Shown here piece after piece: positions 1 to 14,034 of a stretch of DNA of 64,000 nt. The first letter of the stretch is position 1. Each line of letters opens with the position of its first letter. The notes below the pieces were generated by a model that saw nothing but the letters and a program-made list of their open reading frames with translations, was not told the DNA's origin and did not search any database. Origin of the DNA: Felis catus (Eukaryota); the NCBI RefSeq assembly GCF_018350175.1, contig NC_058375.1, positions 215,264,001-215,328,000 on the forward strand, in the 5' to 3' direction. The translations under genes and the position numbers were made by a program.

Positions 1-1080
1 ATTTGAAAGGTGGTAACTTTAATAAGTTGGGAAAAGATGCCTTTGTTAATGGACGCTCCTGACATTTACGATGCTGCCCTGTTAACCCTCGTTTCATCCT
101 CGGTGTTTCTGCTTCCAATCCTGTGGGTTCGCCAGAAACGACTCTCGAATCTAAGTCCTTCCTTTCAAGCCCACGGCTGCATCTCTGTTCGGTTCTCATT
201 TGTTCTTGCAACAGCTTCTAGCTGGTGTCCGGGGCACCCGCGTCTCCCGTTCTAACCCCGCGTCCACGCTGTCCTGAGGTCCTAGGGACTCACCAGTCCT
301 TGCTTCCTGGGACCAGCAGGGGCCCTTCTGCGCTGTCCCTGGTGCTCCTGCTGGGGCAGGTTCCACTGGCTTCGTGGCCACCCTCCGGGCAGATCGAATG
401 TGCTCGCTGGTCCGGAAATAAAGACGACACTGCAGTCTGGTACCAACGGTCCCCCTGGACTGGGATGTTGGAAGTCAGGATGGTGGCTTGCCGTGGGAAA
501 GAGGACGGAAGAGGGATGGGGAAGGGTGCTCTGCTGCCGGGCCCATCAGTGTGCGGGTCTGACCAGTGGTGACACGGGGCTGGCTTTGTGAGCTACCAGG
601 GAGCTCTGAACAAACAAACAAGGGGGCAAAAACACCCACCCCCCGGCCCCCGCGTATTTAAGGCAGTGCTGGCTCTCAGGCACTCCTCCTGCACTTGTCC
701 ATCCCCGACCCAGAGCCCCCCCGCGCCCCCTACATTTAGCCCTGGCCTCACCTTAGCCCTGGCCCTGCAGAAACAAACGGTGGGCAAAGACGAGGGGGCC
801 TGTCCCCCAGCCTCAGGCAATGAGAGACCTCCGGGGAAGGCGGGGAAGGCCGTTACCCATCTCACGCTGGGTTTGGATGGGGCTTTGATGCCTCTGGGCG
901 ACGGACCAAGGCTGACGGTGGGACAAGGTCACTCCATGGCTCCCAAGGGATTTCTGGACGGCTTTTCTGGTCACACCTTCAGCAGTGCTGGTAGCCCCCT
1001 GGGTAGGACTTCTGAGACCACCCAAGGATGCCTCAGTTCTAGAAAGCCCTGTTTGCGCCCCTCAAGAGCACACACTTTTG

Positions 1081-1265
1081 GGGGCACTCGGGTGGCTCAG
1101 TTGGTTAAGCAGCCAACTTCGCTCGGTTTGAGCCCCTTGTGCTGACAGCTCAGAGCCTGGAGCCTGCTTCGGATTCTGTGTCTCCCTCTCTCTCTCTCTC
1201 TCTCTGTCCCTCCCCCACTTGTGCTCTCTCTCTCTCTCTCAAAAATAAACAAACATTAAAATAAA
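1081..1265 (+). mobile_element. Can-SINE with internal deletions
   Basis: GGGGCACTCGGGTGGCTCAG head, (CT)n tract and AATAAA/A-rich tail; part of the body is missing. Confidence 0.9.
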
Positions 1266-2168
1266 GGAATGCACCCTTCTGCAAAGTGCATTTTTAGCAA
1301 CAGAGGGAATTTTTAGCAACAGAGCCGTGCTCACACCACTGCCCCTCCACGACCACTGATTTCGCTGGCTTCTACATCTGTTGAATCTTCTTCATTTGTG
1401 GTTAAGCAGATTCAGAATTAGTTAAGAGGTTAGAAAATATTATCAGGGAGGAAGGGCATCAAAGGCTTTCAAAAATTATGCATTCAGATGAGGGTAGGAA
1501 TCATCGTTGCTTTCCGTATTTTTAGTGTCTGTGGACAAGAATGCGTAAGTGTAAATTTCCAGCTTAAGGAAGAGTAATAAAATGAACACTCTTGTGCCGG
1601 CCACCAGCTTAGGGAACAGAGTATCACCAGGACTTTGGAGGGCCCCCACCTGCCCCCCATGTTGTCCCCTCTCTCCTGCCAGAGGTGACTGCAATCCTGA
1701 ATTTTCTATGATCCATTCCTTCCTTCCTATATATATATATATATATATCCCTAAACAATGTATTATTTACTTTTATCTGTTGCTGACATATATGAAATTC
1801 TACAAGTATTCTTGGGGGAAACTTGTTTTTTTCTTCCTCATTATATTTTCGAGATTCATCTGTGTCGATTCCTTTCACTACCGTCCAACGATCCATTGTG
1901 TTCATGCGGCCTACGGGGAACGTTTGGGTTTCTGCATTTTGCTATTAGGAGCAATGCCACGTGAACATTTTGGGGTGTGTGAGCTGGGGCTCCCTGGGAA
2001 ACGTTCTTAGGGTGAAGCTGGGTCGGTGAAGGGTAGACACCTCCCCATCATGAGGTCTGGTTTAAGACCCGGGGTTTGTGGGATAACTTTCGTTCGAAGG
2101 GCCGGGAAGAGGAGGCGTGTGGTCCCTGTTTCTCCGATGTCTCAGAAGGGAGCAAGGGGCCGACTGCT

Positions 2169-2332
2169 GGGCGCACCGTGGACTTCATGCCAAGACACTG
2201 CCTGTCCCCCCCGCATGCGTGAGCAGCTGCTGTCGGGGATGAGGAGTCACGGGCGCACCGTGGACTTCATGCCAAGAGGCTGCCTGTCCCCCCTGTATGC
2301 GTGAGCAGCTGCTGTCGGGGATGAGGAGTCAC
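2169..2332. repeat. 2 x 82-bp tandem duplication
   Basis: GGGCGCACCGTGGACTTCATGCCAAGA...GATGAGGAGTCAC starts at 2169 and again at 2251, with 4 mismatches. Confidence 0.95.
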
Positions 2333-3030
2333 GGGTGGCTTTGGTGCCAGCAGCCTGACTTGGGAAGCCAGACTTGCACCACATTGTCTGAGAACTGCAC
2401 CGGCCAGCACCCTGCCCCCTGCACCCAAACCTGAGGGTTTGGACTGCCGGCGCCACCTCCCCAGGGCAAGACAGCCCCCCCCCCCCCCCGAAGGCTGACC
2501 ACCGTGGCCAGGCATTCTCAGCCTGTGGGCTCACGTTTCGTGGGACAGACCTACCTCTCTCTCCAACCGGGGGCGCTTTCTAGGCGCGTGATTTGCTGGC
2601 CACGGTAGACCATTTTCCAGAGGGTTCGCGCCAATGTGCTCACCCACCCCTAGGGGGCGCGAGGCCCCACTGCCTTCCCCTTCATCACTCTCCGCGCGTC
2701 AGTTGCCTTTTTGATTTTTCCAACCTGGTTTCCCGGGGAAGTGAGAAGTCACGGTGGTTTCGCTTCACGTTCGCCTCATGACCGATGCCGGTGAGCCTCT
2801 CTTCACACGTGCACGGGTTATCCGTGCGTCCTTTTTTATTCGCTCTGTGCTCACATCTTTTGCCATTTTCCCCGTAGGTTGTCTGTCCTGTTGTTCGTGA
2901 TTTAAAGTCCTTTATATAGTCTCTCTATCAATTGCGTATGTTGCAATTCTGTCCTTCCACTTGAAGAGTGTAGTGGTTTCTTCTTTTTAAAATTTTTAAA
3001 ATTATTTATTTATTTAATGTTTATTAAAAA

Positions 3031-3670
3031 ACTTTGTTTTTAATTTTATTTTTTATTTTTTAAAATTTACATCCAAATTAGGTGCAACAATGATTCCAGG
3101 AGTGGATTCCTTAGTGCCCCTTCCCCATTTAGCCCATCCCCCCCTCCCACAACCCCTCTAGTAACCCTCAGTTTGTTCTGCATATTTATGAGTCTCTTCT
3201 GCTTTGTCCCCCTCCCTGTTTTTATATTATTTTTGCTTCCCTTCCCTTAGGTTCATCTGTTTTGTCTCTTAAAGTCCTCATAGGAGTGAAGTCATCTGAT
3301 ATTTATCTTTCTCTGACTAATTTCACTTAGCATAATACCCTCCAGTTCCATCCACGTAGTCGCCAATGGCAAGATTTCATTCTTTTTGATTGCCGAGTAA
3401 TACTCCATTGTATCTATATTCCACACCTGCTTTATCCATTCATCCATCGATGGACATTTGGGTTCCTTCCATACTTTGGCTATTGTTGATAGTGCTGCTA
3501 TAAACATGGGGTGCATGTGTCCCTTCGAAACAGCACACCTGTATCCCGAGGATAAATGCCTAGTAGTGCAATTGCTGGGTCGTAGGGTAGTTCTATTTTT
3601 AGTTTGTTTTTTTTTTTTTGAGGAACCTCCATTCTGTTTTCCAGAGTGGCTGCACCAGCTTGCATTCCCA
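3031..3670 (-). mobile_element. 5'-truncated felid-type LINE-1 (ORF2 C-terminus plus 3' UTR)
   Basis: Minus-strand peptide PMFIAALSTIAKVWKEPKCPSMDEWIK...MEYYSAIKKNEIL is the L1 ORF2p C-terminus; T-rich tail on the left. Confidence 0.93.
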
Positions 3671-3679
3671 TAAAAAAAA

Positions 3680-3877
3680 TTTTTTTTAATGTTTATTCTT
3701 GAGAGAGAGAGAGAGAGACAGAGTGTGAACGGGGAAGGGGCAGAAAGAGGCAGACAGTGAATCCAAAGTGCTGAGCCATCAGCACAGAGCCCGACGCAGG
3801 GCTCGGGCTCAGGAACCATGAGATCATGACCTGAGCCGAAGTCGGACGCTTCACCGACTGAGCCACCCAGGTGCCCC
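3680..3877 (-). mobile_element. Can-SINE
   Basis: T-tail, (GA)n, ends in GAGCCACCCAGGTGCCCC. Confidence 0.92.
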
Positions 3878-4404
3878 AGGAGTACAGTGTTTTCCAATGT
3901 ATTTTTCATCTCTTTCCATATAGTTTGCTTTCCCATCTAAAGGGAAGCTTTGGGTGTATAAAAAATTGTGGTTGTTTCTCAGAATGAGGTTCCGGATATG
4001 CCTTACCACCTTGCCCATGGGGGAGAAAATACAAGCCCAGAAGGAATCTCTGAAATATGTCTTCTTTAGAAAAGCAAGTGTAAGAGGACAGAGAATTTGC
4101 TTTGATACATTATTTATGGTAAACTATCGACAAATGCATACATTCCCTTGGTAGTCCTAGAGACAGGAAAACATAATTTGTATGTGTATCATGACATTTA
4201 TTACAAGATAACTCCAAGTTGACTTTTAGAAAAATTCGCATTTAGTTATAAAATTTAAATGTATGCCTCTTTTAAAAACCGTCGTGTACTCTAAGAACAT
4301 GGATGGACGCTGGGTGCTATGAATACGTGGTAAATTCTTAAAGCCTTTGAAGTAGGTTTAGATCATCTTTTGTATTTGTTAATAACAGCAGTGTGTTCGA
4401 ATAA

Positions 4405-4515
<111 letters not shown>

Positions 4516-6724
4516 TAAGTATCTATTTCCCCTCCGTTTTTGCTTCCGGGTTGGAAAATAAATTATTAACCATCATTACAACAAACAAACAAATGCTCAC
4601 TAGTTCATTATTAAAGTTGTTTTCATCTTGCGATTCTCAGAAATGGTGTGCGAGCAGGAAGAATTTGGCAAGTAGCTCGGACTTGGTCCCTCGAGCGGGT
4701 CCCCAAGGGCGGTAGCATTTCGTTTTGTATTTTTAGCTTTGGCAATAGTTGGTAGAGGCTGTAAGAGAGGCTGTCGCCCCCTTTGGTGTTCCCATGAGCC
4801 TGGGAGCCCACCTGAGTGGCCGCAACCATGAAGGCTGTTGTGTTGTAGCTGTTGGCAGGTGACCCCGGGCACGAGCACACGTGGCCATCCGATCGACTCC
4901 TCCGTGAGGCTGTTGATGTAGGGCCTTCCCATCCAATCGGGGGTTCATCCGCTCCGAGTCTCGAGTGTTTTGTACCATCAAGGCTGGGTTTCCAAACACG
5001 GGGAGCAGCCCCCAGCGGCTCTGAATGCAGGAGGAGGTCCTCGATGAATGTTAGTTAACGAGGGAGGGAGTGAATGAGCGGACCCCTGATCTTTCCCATA
5101 GAAGATGCGCCCGGACCCAAAGAGACATTTTTCGTGCCGCCCACCTCTTGTCCTGTCCCTCTGCCTTTCCTCTGTTGCCCGCTGCTGAGAGAAGAAAGAA
5201 TCTAACTCTTCATTGGTTAGATAGTTGCTGCTGTCGTTTATAATTAAAGCACTGACCTTCTGCGGAACAGAGACAGCGAACAGAGGAAGGATGTAAGAAC
5301 AAGTAAAAGTAGGTTCGTTGGAACCAGCCCCGCATCCCACCTTGGCTCGGCTGCCTGCTCACCGCGTGACCTTGAGCCAATTATCCTTTTTTCTGCACCG
5401 AATTCTCTGATGCTAAAACGCTAGCAAAGAATTCCTCGTGGGTTGTGGTAAGGACTCAATGCTGTGACGCATAAAGGATTCAATGCTGTGATGCCTCAGG
5501 GCCTAAAAGGTTCTTCATAAATGTGTTTTCTTGCTTCGTGTGAATGAGAAAAGGAACATCAGAAAAACTAAGAATCTCTGTTTTGCCACTGGTGTAAACG
5601 TATTCCTCGTGAGTCATTTTGATGGGGTGTAAACCTCGTGAGTCAGCTCTTTATTCCCTGAATGTTTCAATGAAAGATTTTGCTGTTAATATATTTGTTT
5701 GATGGGTAGAAAATACAATTTGGATTCATTCATTCACTCAACAAATATTTATTGGGAACCTGCTATATCACAAGGACTTAACATACTTGATCGCTAATTC
5801 TACAACCCCCCCTGCCCCGCCCCTTCAAGGTGGCTTGCTATCATTTGACAGACAAGGCACATGAACCCCGAGAGTTCAGTATTTTGCCCAAGGTCCTATG
5901 GCCAGTGGGAGATGGATGAAGGACTGAACCCAGGTTTTCTGATTCCTAGCTTGTGTGTTCTTTTTATCCCCTGCCCCCACCTTTCTAAGACCGACACTGG
6001 CGCAGACACAGCCAGGCTTGGGCCAGGCTTGGGTATCGTGTCCACATGGACCCAGGGTGGAGAGGGATGGTTCTTCAAAGGAAAATCAGGGTGTTCCTAC
6101 CAGCAGACCTGGAAATGGATGTCACATGGAGAAACCTGTAGTTGCCTACGTTAGAGTGCTTGATGACAGCTTGAATCTTGCAGGAAACGAAGGGGAGCAG
6201 TCCCCACTTTCAGCAACACAAGCTGAAGACCAGAACGCCTCAGGGTATTCTGATTCCCTTCTCCTAAGGGCACAAGGTTGTAGACCGAGGTCAAGACCCT
6301 CTACTCTTTGAACTTCCCCATCTCTCCATAGATGGTGGGAATACTCTGTGTCATCCAAATTACCCATCGGACAGGGAAATCAAATGAAGTGACTGTTGGT
6401 ATTGATACCCTGAGTTTCCTTGCTTCCCCCTCAAACTAACACAGGCTGTCCAAGTCTCCCCAGAGAATTCCTGGGGTTGCTTGTATGTGCTATGCCCAGA
6501 CGAGTCAAGTCTCTCCACTTTCTTGACTAGTCACTGGAGAGTGAGCCCCAACCATTGCACCCACTGCTGAGGACCCTCCGAAATGTTGCTGCCCCGCTTC
6601 CGGGTTGCCTCCTGGCACTTCCGAGACTGTGAGACCCCGATCTGGGTTTCTTCTCTTCAGTTCGCATTGCCTTGGCCATGCTGCATTCTAGGTAGAAGTA
6701 AGGAGAACTCTACCTTCTCTGTAG

Positions 6725-6937
6725 CTGCTCTGTGCAATGGAACTTTCCACCACGATAGAAATGCCCTATATCTGCACTGCCCATTGCGGTAGTCACTAGC
6801 CACAGGTGGCTATTGAGCATTTGAAATGTGGCTAGTACGATCAAAGAATTGAATTTCTTTAGTTTTGATCTTAATTAATTTAAACATAAAATTACATCGC
6901 CGCGCATGGCTAATGGCTGCCTTATTGACCGAGTCGC
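6725..6937. mobile_element. MER3-like hAT-Charlie MITE
   Basis: CACTAGCCACAGGTGGCTATTGAGCATTTGAAATGTGGCTAGT plus an AT-rich core resembles the MER3 consensus as I recall it. Confidence 0.75.
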
Positions 6938-9900
6938 TCTATAGGTTTCAGACTTGGTCCTAGAGGTAGAACTAGGGTCCTGATGTTCTCCCATCTGCCC
7001 CACGCCCCCTCTCCGTCACCCCTATTCCTCCTGCAGGTATCTGTGCTCCTAATGCCTTTCTGGCCTCCTCTCCATTTGTAAACCAATTCATGCAAATTCC
7101 TGCGTAGAGCACTACCAGCCTGCAGACCATCAAAATGGAGCCAGACGACTCTCTCAGCCAAGGCCACCTGAGGCACACACCTCCCCATAGAAGGGAAGAG
7201 GGCTTAAGAGTCTGTCTTCATCTGTAGCCAGGACAGGTGAGGCAGGGACTTCTCCCCCCCGATCCTGCACTGACCTTCGGTGGGTGTGGACAGACCCCAG
7301 CAGATAGCAAGATGGTAACAGCTAAAGGGAAGGGAGAGGAAGTCAACTTGGATCCTAGTGGGGAGGACTCTGAGACCACTGGGGGGCAGCCTTGACTCAG
7401 GAAGTGCCCTGGGACTTAGTAAGAAGAGCACCGAGGAAACTGGGGTCAAACTGGGGCCTGACTGCGTGATGCCCAGAGAACTGTTCCAAACCGTTCCAAG
7501 GCACCATTGCTGCGTGACTTTGGATCCAGGCTTTCCTTAGATTTTTACAGCCCAAGAAAAGACTGAAAGTCTGACATATTATTGAGCACAGAAAATTTCC
7601 ATCCTCTACAGTAAGGAAGACTTTTGGTTACAAGGAACTCACGCCAGCTTAACCTAAAAGGGTTGGTTTACAGTTGGAAACAGTCGTGTCACCCCGAACC
7701 CAAGGAAAGGCTTGTCTCAATCTAACCCGCGTGGATAGGGTTGAGGAACAGGGACAGCTTCGCTGGGGTCCACATCACATGCGCACTCTCCAGCAGGGAC
7801 CGCACTGAAGTATCACCATGAGGAGTTTGAGCAGCGTGGGAAGATTCCTGCTGGGATGTGTCTGTTCCTCATTAGGGACGGTCTTTGTCGTGTGGCTTTG
7901 GCAGTTACCCTGGGCTCCCCGTAGTTCAGGAAGGTCTCCATTAGCAGAGTGACTCATTTCGGGTCACACGGTTGAGGCCAGTTGCTTCCAGGTAGTAGAA
8001 TCTTGGTCCCTGTTAGAATCTGTCTGCTTCTGGAGCGATCATAAAACCTCCTCCCCAAACTGGTTTCTGTTCCATCGAACTTTTAGAAGGTCTCACAGGA
8101 AAACAAGACCACTGTTGTCATTTTGTACGATTGAAATGGGATCTACTGCCACAGAGTGTTTTTAGAATTATTTCTACATTTTGCCATCTGTTAAATAAAG
8201 TCATCAGTGAGGAAGACCTTGGTAACATTGCCCTTCCTCCTGTGACAGCCATGTGAGAGTTATATATGCTTAAGCCCATCTTCCAGAAGGCAAAAAATAC
8301 CTAGTTTACAAAAATCACTGAAGAATGATTAAGATACAAATGATTTACAGGAGACTAACCAATGTATCCATTTACTCATTTATTCCTTCATCGTTTGGAG
8401 GATATTTGCTGGATGCCCTTATGTGCCAAGAAAGAGAATATAAAATAAACCCTAACAGGCTTTCTCAGGCTTGTATACCTTTATCTGACCCAGCCCGCCC
8501 AGGGAATCCTTGCTTCAGAGTCACTATGTATGGTTGCCCAGGTTGTGCACTGCACAAATGTGCTAGGCGTCGCAGGCTCGTGTCTACCAGAGGGGCATCT
8601 TTTCTAGCAGGTTGGTGATTAGGGTGACTGCATACTTTGAGACTTGGAACACTGATAGCACCATGGAGGCTCTGACCCTCCCAGGGCTTGAACAGCAGAT
8701 ATAAAGTGGAATTTTCCTGGGCAGATCGGGACGTTTGGCCTCTCACTGGTGGTGGCTCTGTCTTGCCCCATTATCCCTTTCCTCCCCTCTCTGGAAAAGG
8801 AGAGCTCTGCCCCTCTGGCTTATTTCAGTGGCCAGACATGGGTCTCCCTTTGCCACTCTCCAGCCTCTTGGGACAGAACTCCGTCCTGCTTCTCCACTGG
8901 TCGTGGCTCCTTTGAATTCCGAGTGCCCTCCCGAATCTTGTCCAAAGACTGATGGGAGAAAGAATAGGGGCAGCCCAGTGGGTGGGGCAGGAGAAGGGTG
9001 AGCAGTGCCTCGCTAGGAAGCGTTGCTTTGGCCGCGTTGACATTTTTGTCGTGGTGGTCAGGACGCCTCATAGCCCCGGCTACAGGAGCCAAGCAGTCAT
9101 CGCATTTGTTTATAGATTTTTTTTTTTAACTGCTTTTTTCTTCTTTTTCTGGTGTCACCACGTCTGCTATTCCTTGATTTGCTCGTATGGCCCCGCCACA
9201 GCCTGAAAGTCCCTCGACAGAGTGTGCGCCACTGTTTCTGACCCTCTCGAGCAAGGGGGGGGGGGAGAAGGACTGTGCTGGGGGAGGGGAGGGGTCCGCT
9301 TATTCTGCGCCGCCCCTCACAGCCAGGCCGGCTGTTCCCGAGAGGTCCCCCAAACCGGAGAGCAGGCTTCCCATCCCGTGATTCCCTGGGTGCAGTGAGC
9401 TCCACCCAGGCCTGACTCAGGGCGGACTTTCAATCCTTTACCTCTTACTGCCTATTTTTTTCATCCTCCTCCAACTTCATATGGTCACACGTGTCACTTA
9501 GCAAACACGTACATGTTAGTTCCCTTGCACTTTTCATGGGAAGCAATAGTGTTCATGTGTTGCTCAGCTTGTCCTTGTCCAGCCCAAGTGGGGAAAGTCT
9601 CCCAAGCAGGTGACGTCCAGTATAGACGGGATGGTCTTTCTAAACTGTGGATCGCTTTGAGCCCCGGCCAGGGGCCCCCTGCCTCCCGGGAGAAGGGCTC
9701 ACCTCACCTTGGAAAGTCTGGTGCTGCCTCAGAGGCCCGCCTCAGAGCTCCCGCGCGTTGTGAACCACGCAGGAAGGTCAGTCGTGGTCTTCAGACTTCC
9801 GAGGCTTAATCCTGTAATAACCTCATGGCTGTTTATGCAGAGACAACTCCCTGAGGGCACTCCTCTATCCTAGCTCGCGATCTGGAGCCCGCTTTTTGGT

Positions 9901-10055
9901 GGATGGATAGCAGACGACAGGACTAAGGCACCAAGGTGGTTTGTAAACAATCAGCCGAGATGATGACTATAGTCTGGAAATAAGACTCGATGGTCAGATC
10001 TCTTTGTGCGTTTCTTCAAGCTAATCTTGTGCGGTTTCCTCTAAAAACACGATGA

Positions 10056-10292
<237 letters not shown>

Positions 10293-11039
10293 TAACTGGT
10301 TCATATACTAACGCAGCCAGGGAGGCACCTGGTAACCTTGTAACACAATCCTTGGAGGCACCTTGAATTGTCCAACAGTGTGGAGGCAGGAGGGGACGGG
10401 CAGTCAATCCCGAAACGATTGCAGGAAAAGATAAACCTTGTGAAAGTCAAAAAGCCGTGATCACCTTACGTGCGACTGCAAAACTCAGCTGGTGACCGGC
10501 TGTCCCTCAGAGGCCCTTCCCCGGGGCACGCGGCAGGCGACCTCGGAACATCCACGTGGACCCCCCGCTGCTGCTGCAGGCCGGTGACCATTTTTGGGAG
10601 TCGTCTCATTTCGTGTGGCGCGTGGCATTCTTGAGAAGACATATGGCCCCGAATAGGGTGCCCTGTCCCTCTACATGCCCACATGTCAGGCTCTTACAGG
10701 GGTGTCACAGCAAGGTTTGAGGCCGGAAAGTGGTACCCTGGGTCTTCTGTGTCCATGGCAGTACCCTCCGTAGGCAGCCTGGAGCCTGGGTCTGGATGCC
10801 TCAACCCCCCTCCCCACCCCAGCCCCGTGGTTGCAGCCCCGGAAGGTGACCCACCCTGCTGTCTCTCCCCAGGGCCCCTGCTCCAGGATGGGTCACTGCC
10901 AGCTCTCGTGTGCGCACGGCTGGCTCCCCTGTGTCAGTCTTGTCCCGTGGTCTGCAGTCAGCCCTAGTGCTGGAAGATTCCCTAACATGTAAACCCCACG
11001 TGCTCTGCTTTAGAGCTTCACAGGCGCCCCACAGCTTGT

Positions 11040-11772
<733 letters not shown>

Positions 11773-12062
11773 TAATTTTGAGACCAGTGACGCGCTTTTG
11801 GGACTAGTGGTTAAGGCCTGGCAGGTGGTTGGCGCCAGGTAAGTGTTTAATTGAGACCAGGACAAATAGCTGTGGCTCTGTTACGTGAAATACGCGGCTT
11901 TAGTACCTCCTTTCTTTTTCACTTTTTATTATGAAAAATTTCAAACCTACGGAAGAGTTGTAAGAATAACATAATGAATGTGTGTACATCCTTCCCTTAG
12001 AATGACCACTTGGTAACATTTTCTCACATTTTTCATATGGTTTTTCAAAAACAGTCACACAA

Positions 12063-12271
12063 GGGGCACCTGGGTGGCTCGGTCGGTTAAGCTTCCGACT
12101 TCGGCTCAGGTCATGATCTCACGGTTCGTGGGTTCGAGCCCCGAGTCGGGCTCTGTGCTGACAGCTTAGAGTCCGAAGCCTGCTTTGGATTCTGCGTCTC
12201 CCTCTCTGCTCCTCCCCTGCTAGTGCTCTGTCTCACTCTTTCTCTCAAGAATAAGCATTAAAAAAACCCCA
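12063..12271 (+). mobile_element. Can-SINE
   Basis: Full head-to-tail element with TSD AAAAACAGTCACA; sits in an old L1M-like remnant (~11915-12700). Confidence 0.93.
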
Positions 12272-12730
12272 AAAAACAGTCACATATTATTTTTAAAGAA
12301 TCATTTGCGAGTACATTGCAGGCATCACGACCTTTAGCCCCTAAGTATGTCAGCATGAATCTCTCAAGAACAAGGGTGTTCTCTCCCATAACCCAGTACA
12401 ATTTTCAAACCTGAGGAAGCTAGCTGCCCAATACTGTTATCTAAAAAACAGTCCTGATTTTAATTAATTATTCCAATATTATCCTTTTGAGAAAAAAACC
12501 GAAAACACCTTTTTTTCCCCCTCAGTGGACTCCATTGAATTTCGCTTTTCATGTCAAAGCAAACTGAAAGGCTTTTGTTCATCTGGAATTGTTATCTAGA
12601 GTTTCTTGGTCTCTCAGGACGTTTTGAAGAACACACATTGTTTTTACAGACTGTTCCGTCATTCGATTTGATGCTTCCTCATGATTAGGTTCAGTTTATC
12701 AAAGCCTAATATTTTAGGAACTTCTTTATT

Positions 12731-12921
12731 AAAACTGAGGGTTGATAGGGGGGGCGGGGCAGAGGGGAAAATGGGGGATGGGCATTGAGGGGGGCACTTG
12801 CTGGGATGAGCACTGGGTGTTGCAGGTAAGCCATGAATCATGGGAATCTACCCCCCAAACCAGGAGCACACTGTATATGCTGTATGTTAGCCAACTTGAC
12901 AATAAACTATATTTAAAAAAA
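12731..12921 (+). mobile_element. Carnivore L1 3'-UTR fragment
   Basis: GGGCACTTGCTGGGATGAGCACTGGGTGTTG...TATGTTAGCCAACTTGACAATAAA followed by an A tail. Confidence 0.8.
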
Positions 12922-12955
12922 TTAGTTAACTGGGAGAGCTAAGGACACATACCTT

Positions 12956-12989
12956 CTTTTATTTTATTTTTAAAAGTTTATTTATTTAT

Positions 12990-13029
<40 letters not shown>

Positions 13030-13219
13030 GGGGAGGGGCAGAGAGAGAGAAAGAGCAGGGGAGGGGCAGAGAGAGAGAGAGAGAGAGAGAGAATCCCAAG
13101 CAGGCTCCATGTGTCCGTGCAGAGCCCAATGAGGGGCTCAAACACACAAACCAGGAGATCATGACATGAGCCAAAGCCAAGAGTGGGATGCTTAACCCAC
13201 TGAGCCACCCAGGCGCCCC
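12956..13219 (-). mobile_element. Can-SINE with two long (GA)n tracts
   Basis: T-tail, (GA)n, ends in GAGCCACCCAGGCGCCCC. Confidence 0.92.
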
Positions 13220-13814
13220 CACACGTCTTATTTTAGGTAAGAGTTTTTCTTTCAACATCAAGAAGAAACTGGGCCGCTGTCCTCATTTGTTCTCAATTTC
13301 CTGACCCACCAGGGGGACCTACAGTAGGTGCTTACTCTGGTATGAAACGGAGCAGGTCACTTTCCTTACTACTAAGTCCTGAACACACGTCCTTCATTCA
13401 GAATACTTATTGAGCGCCTACTGTGTGTCAGGAATTGTCGTAGGTGCTGGGACTACAGCACCGAAATGGACAAAAGTCTCTGGCCTGAGGACATCCAGGG
13501 AGGTGAAGGGGTGGGGGGCCCGGGCTGCACATGGACAGTCTCGTCCTCTGCGTTGGCCGCATGGAGGCTGCTTCACTTGCCGTTGCCTGGGTTGAAAAGG
13601 GGAGGTTGATGATGAAAATCTGTCTCGAGGAAGGAGATTGGGTGCCGAGGGTCTGGAGTTCACGTCCTCTGAGAAGTGGCTGCAGGAATCGGGTATGACA
13701 GTCCTAAGGACCATGCTGCATTTACCTAAAAATATGGGAAGGACTTTTATGTGGAAGGTGACGAAACTCGTTCCTTATCGCTAAAGACAGTAGTACAATT
13801 AGAGAACGGAGACA

Positions 13815-14034
13815 GGGGGCACCTGGGTGGCTCAGTGGGTTAATCGTCCGAATCTGGCTCAGTTCATGATCTCCCGGTTCGTGAGTTCGAACCCCGTGTC
13901 AGGCTCTGCGTGGACAGCTCAGAGCCTGGATGGAGCCTGCTTCAGATTCTGTCTCCCTCTCTCTCTGCCCCTCCCCCGCTCATGTTCTGTCTCTGTCGCT
14001 CTCTCTCTCAAAAATAAAAATAAACATTAAAAAA
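13815..14034 (+). mobile_element. Can-SINE
   Basis: Full element with TSD AGAGAA(C/T)GGAGACA. Confidence 0.93.

Noticed and set aside
588-1145. 185-aa ORF and similar intronic ORFs (45880-46470, 62115-62645)
   Set aside because: Low-information GC-rich translations, mostly with non-ATG starts or overlapping repeats; no recognisable homology or exon structure.
1081-1160. SINE heads as tRNA genes
   Set aside because: Can-SINEs are tRNA-derived and keep A/B-box-like motifs, but these have SINE bodies and tails rather than a cloverleaf.
3292-3936. 214-aa minus-strand ORF
   Set aside because: Chance read-through from unique sequence through a SINE into an L1 ORF2 fragment.
12367-12382. AGAACA-AGGG-TGTTCT palindrome resembling an androgen response element
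   Set aside because: The spacer is 4 nt rather than the required 3, and it lies in an old L1 remnant.
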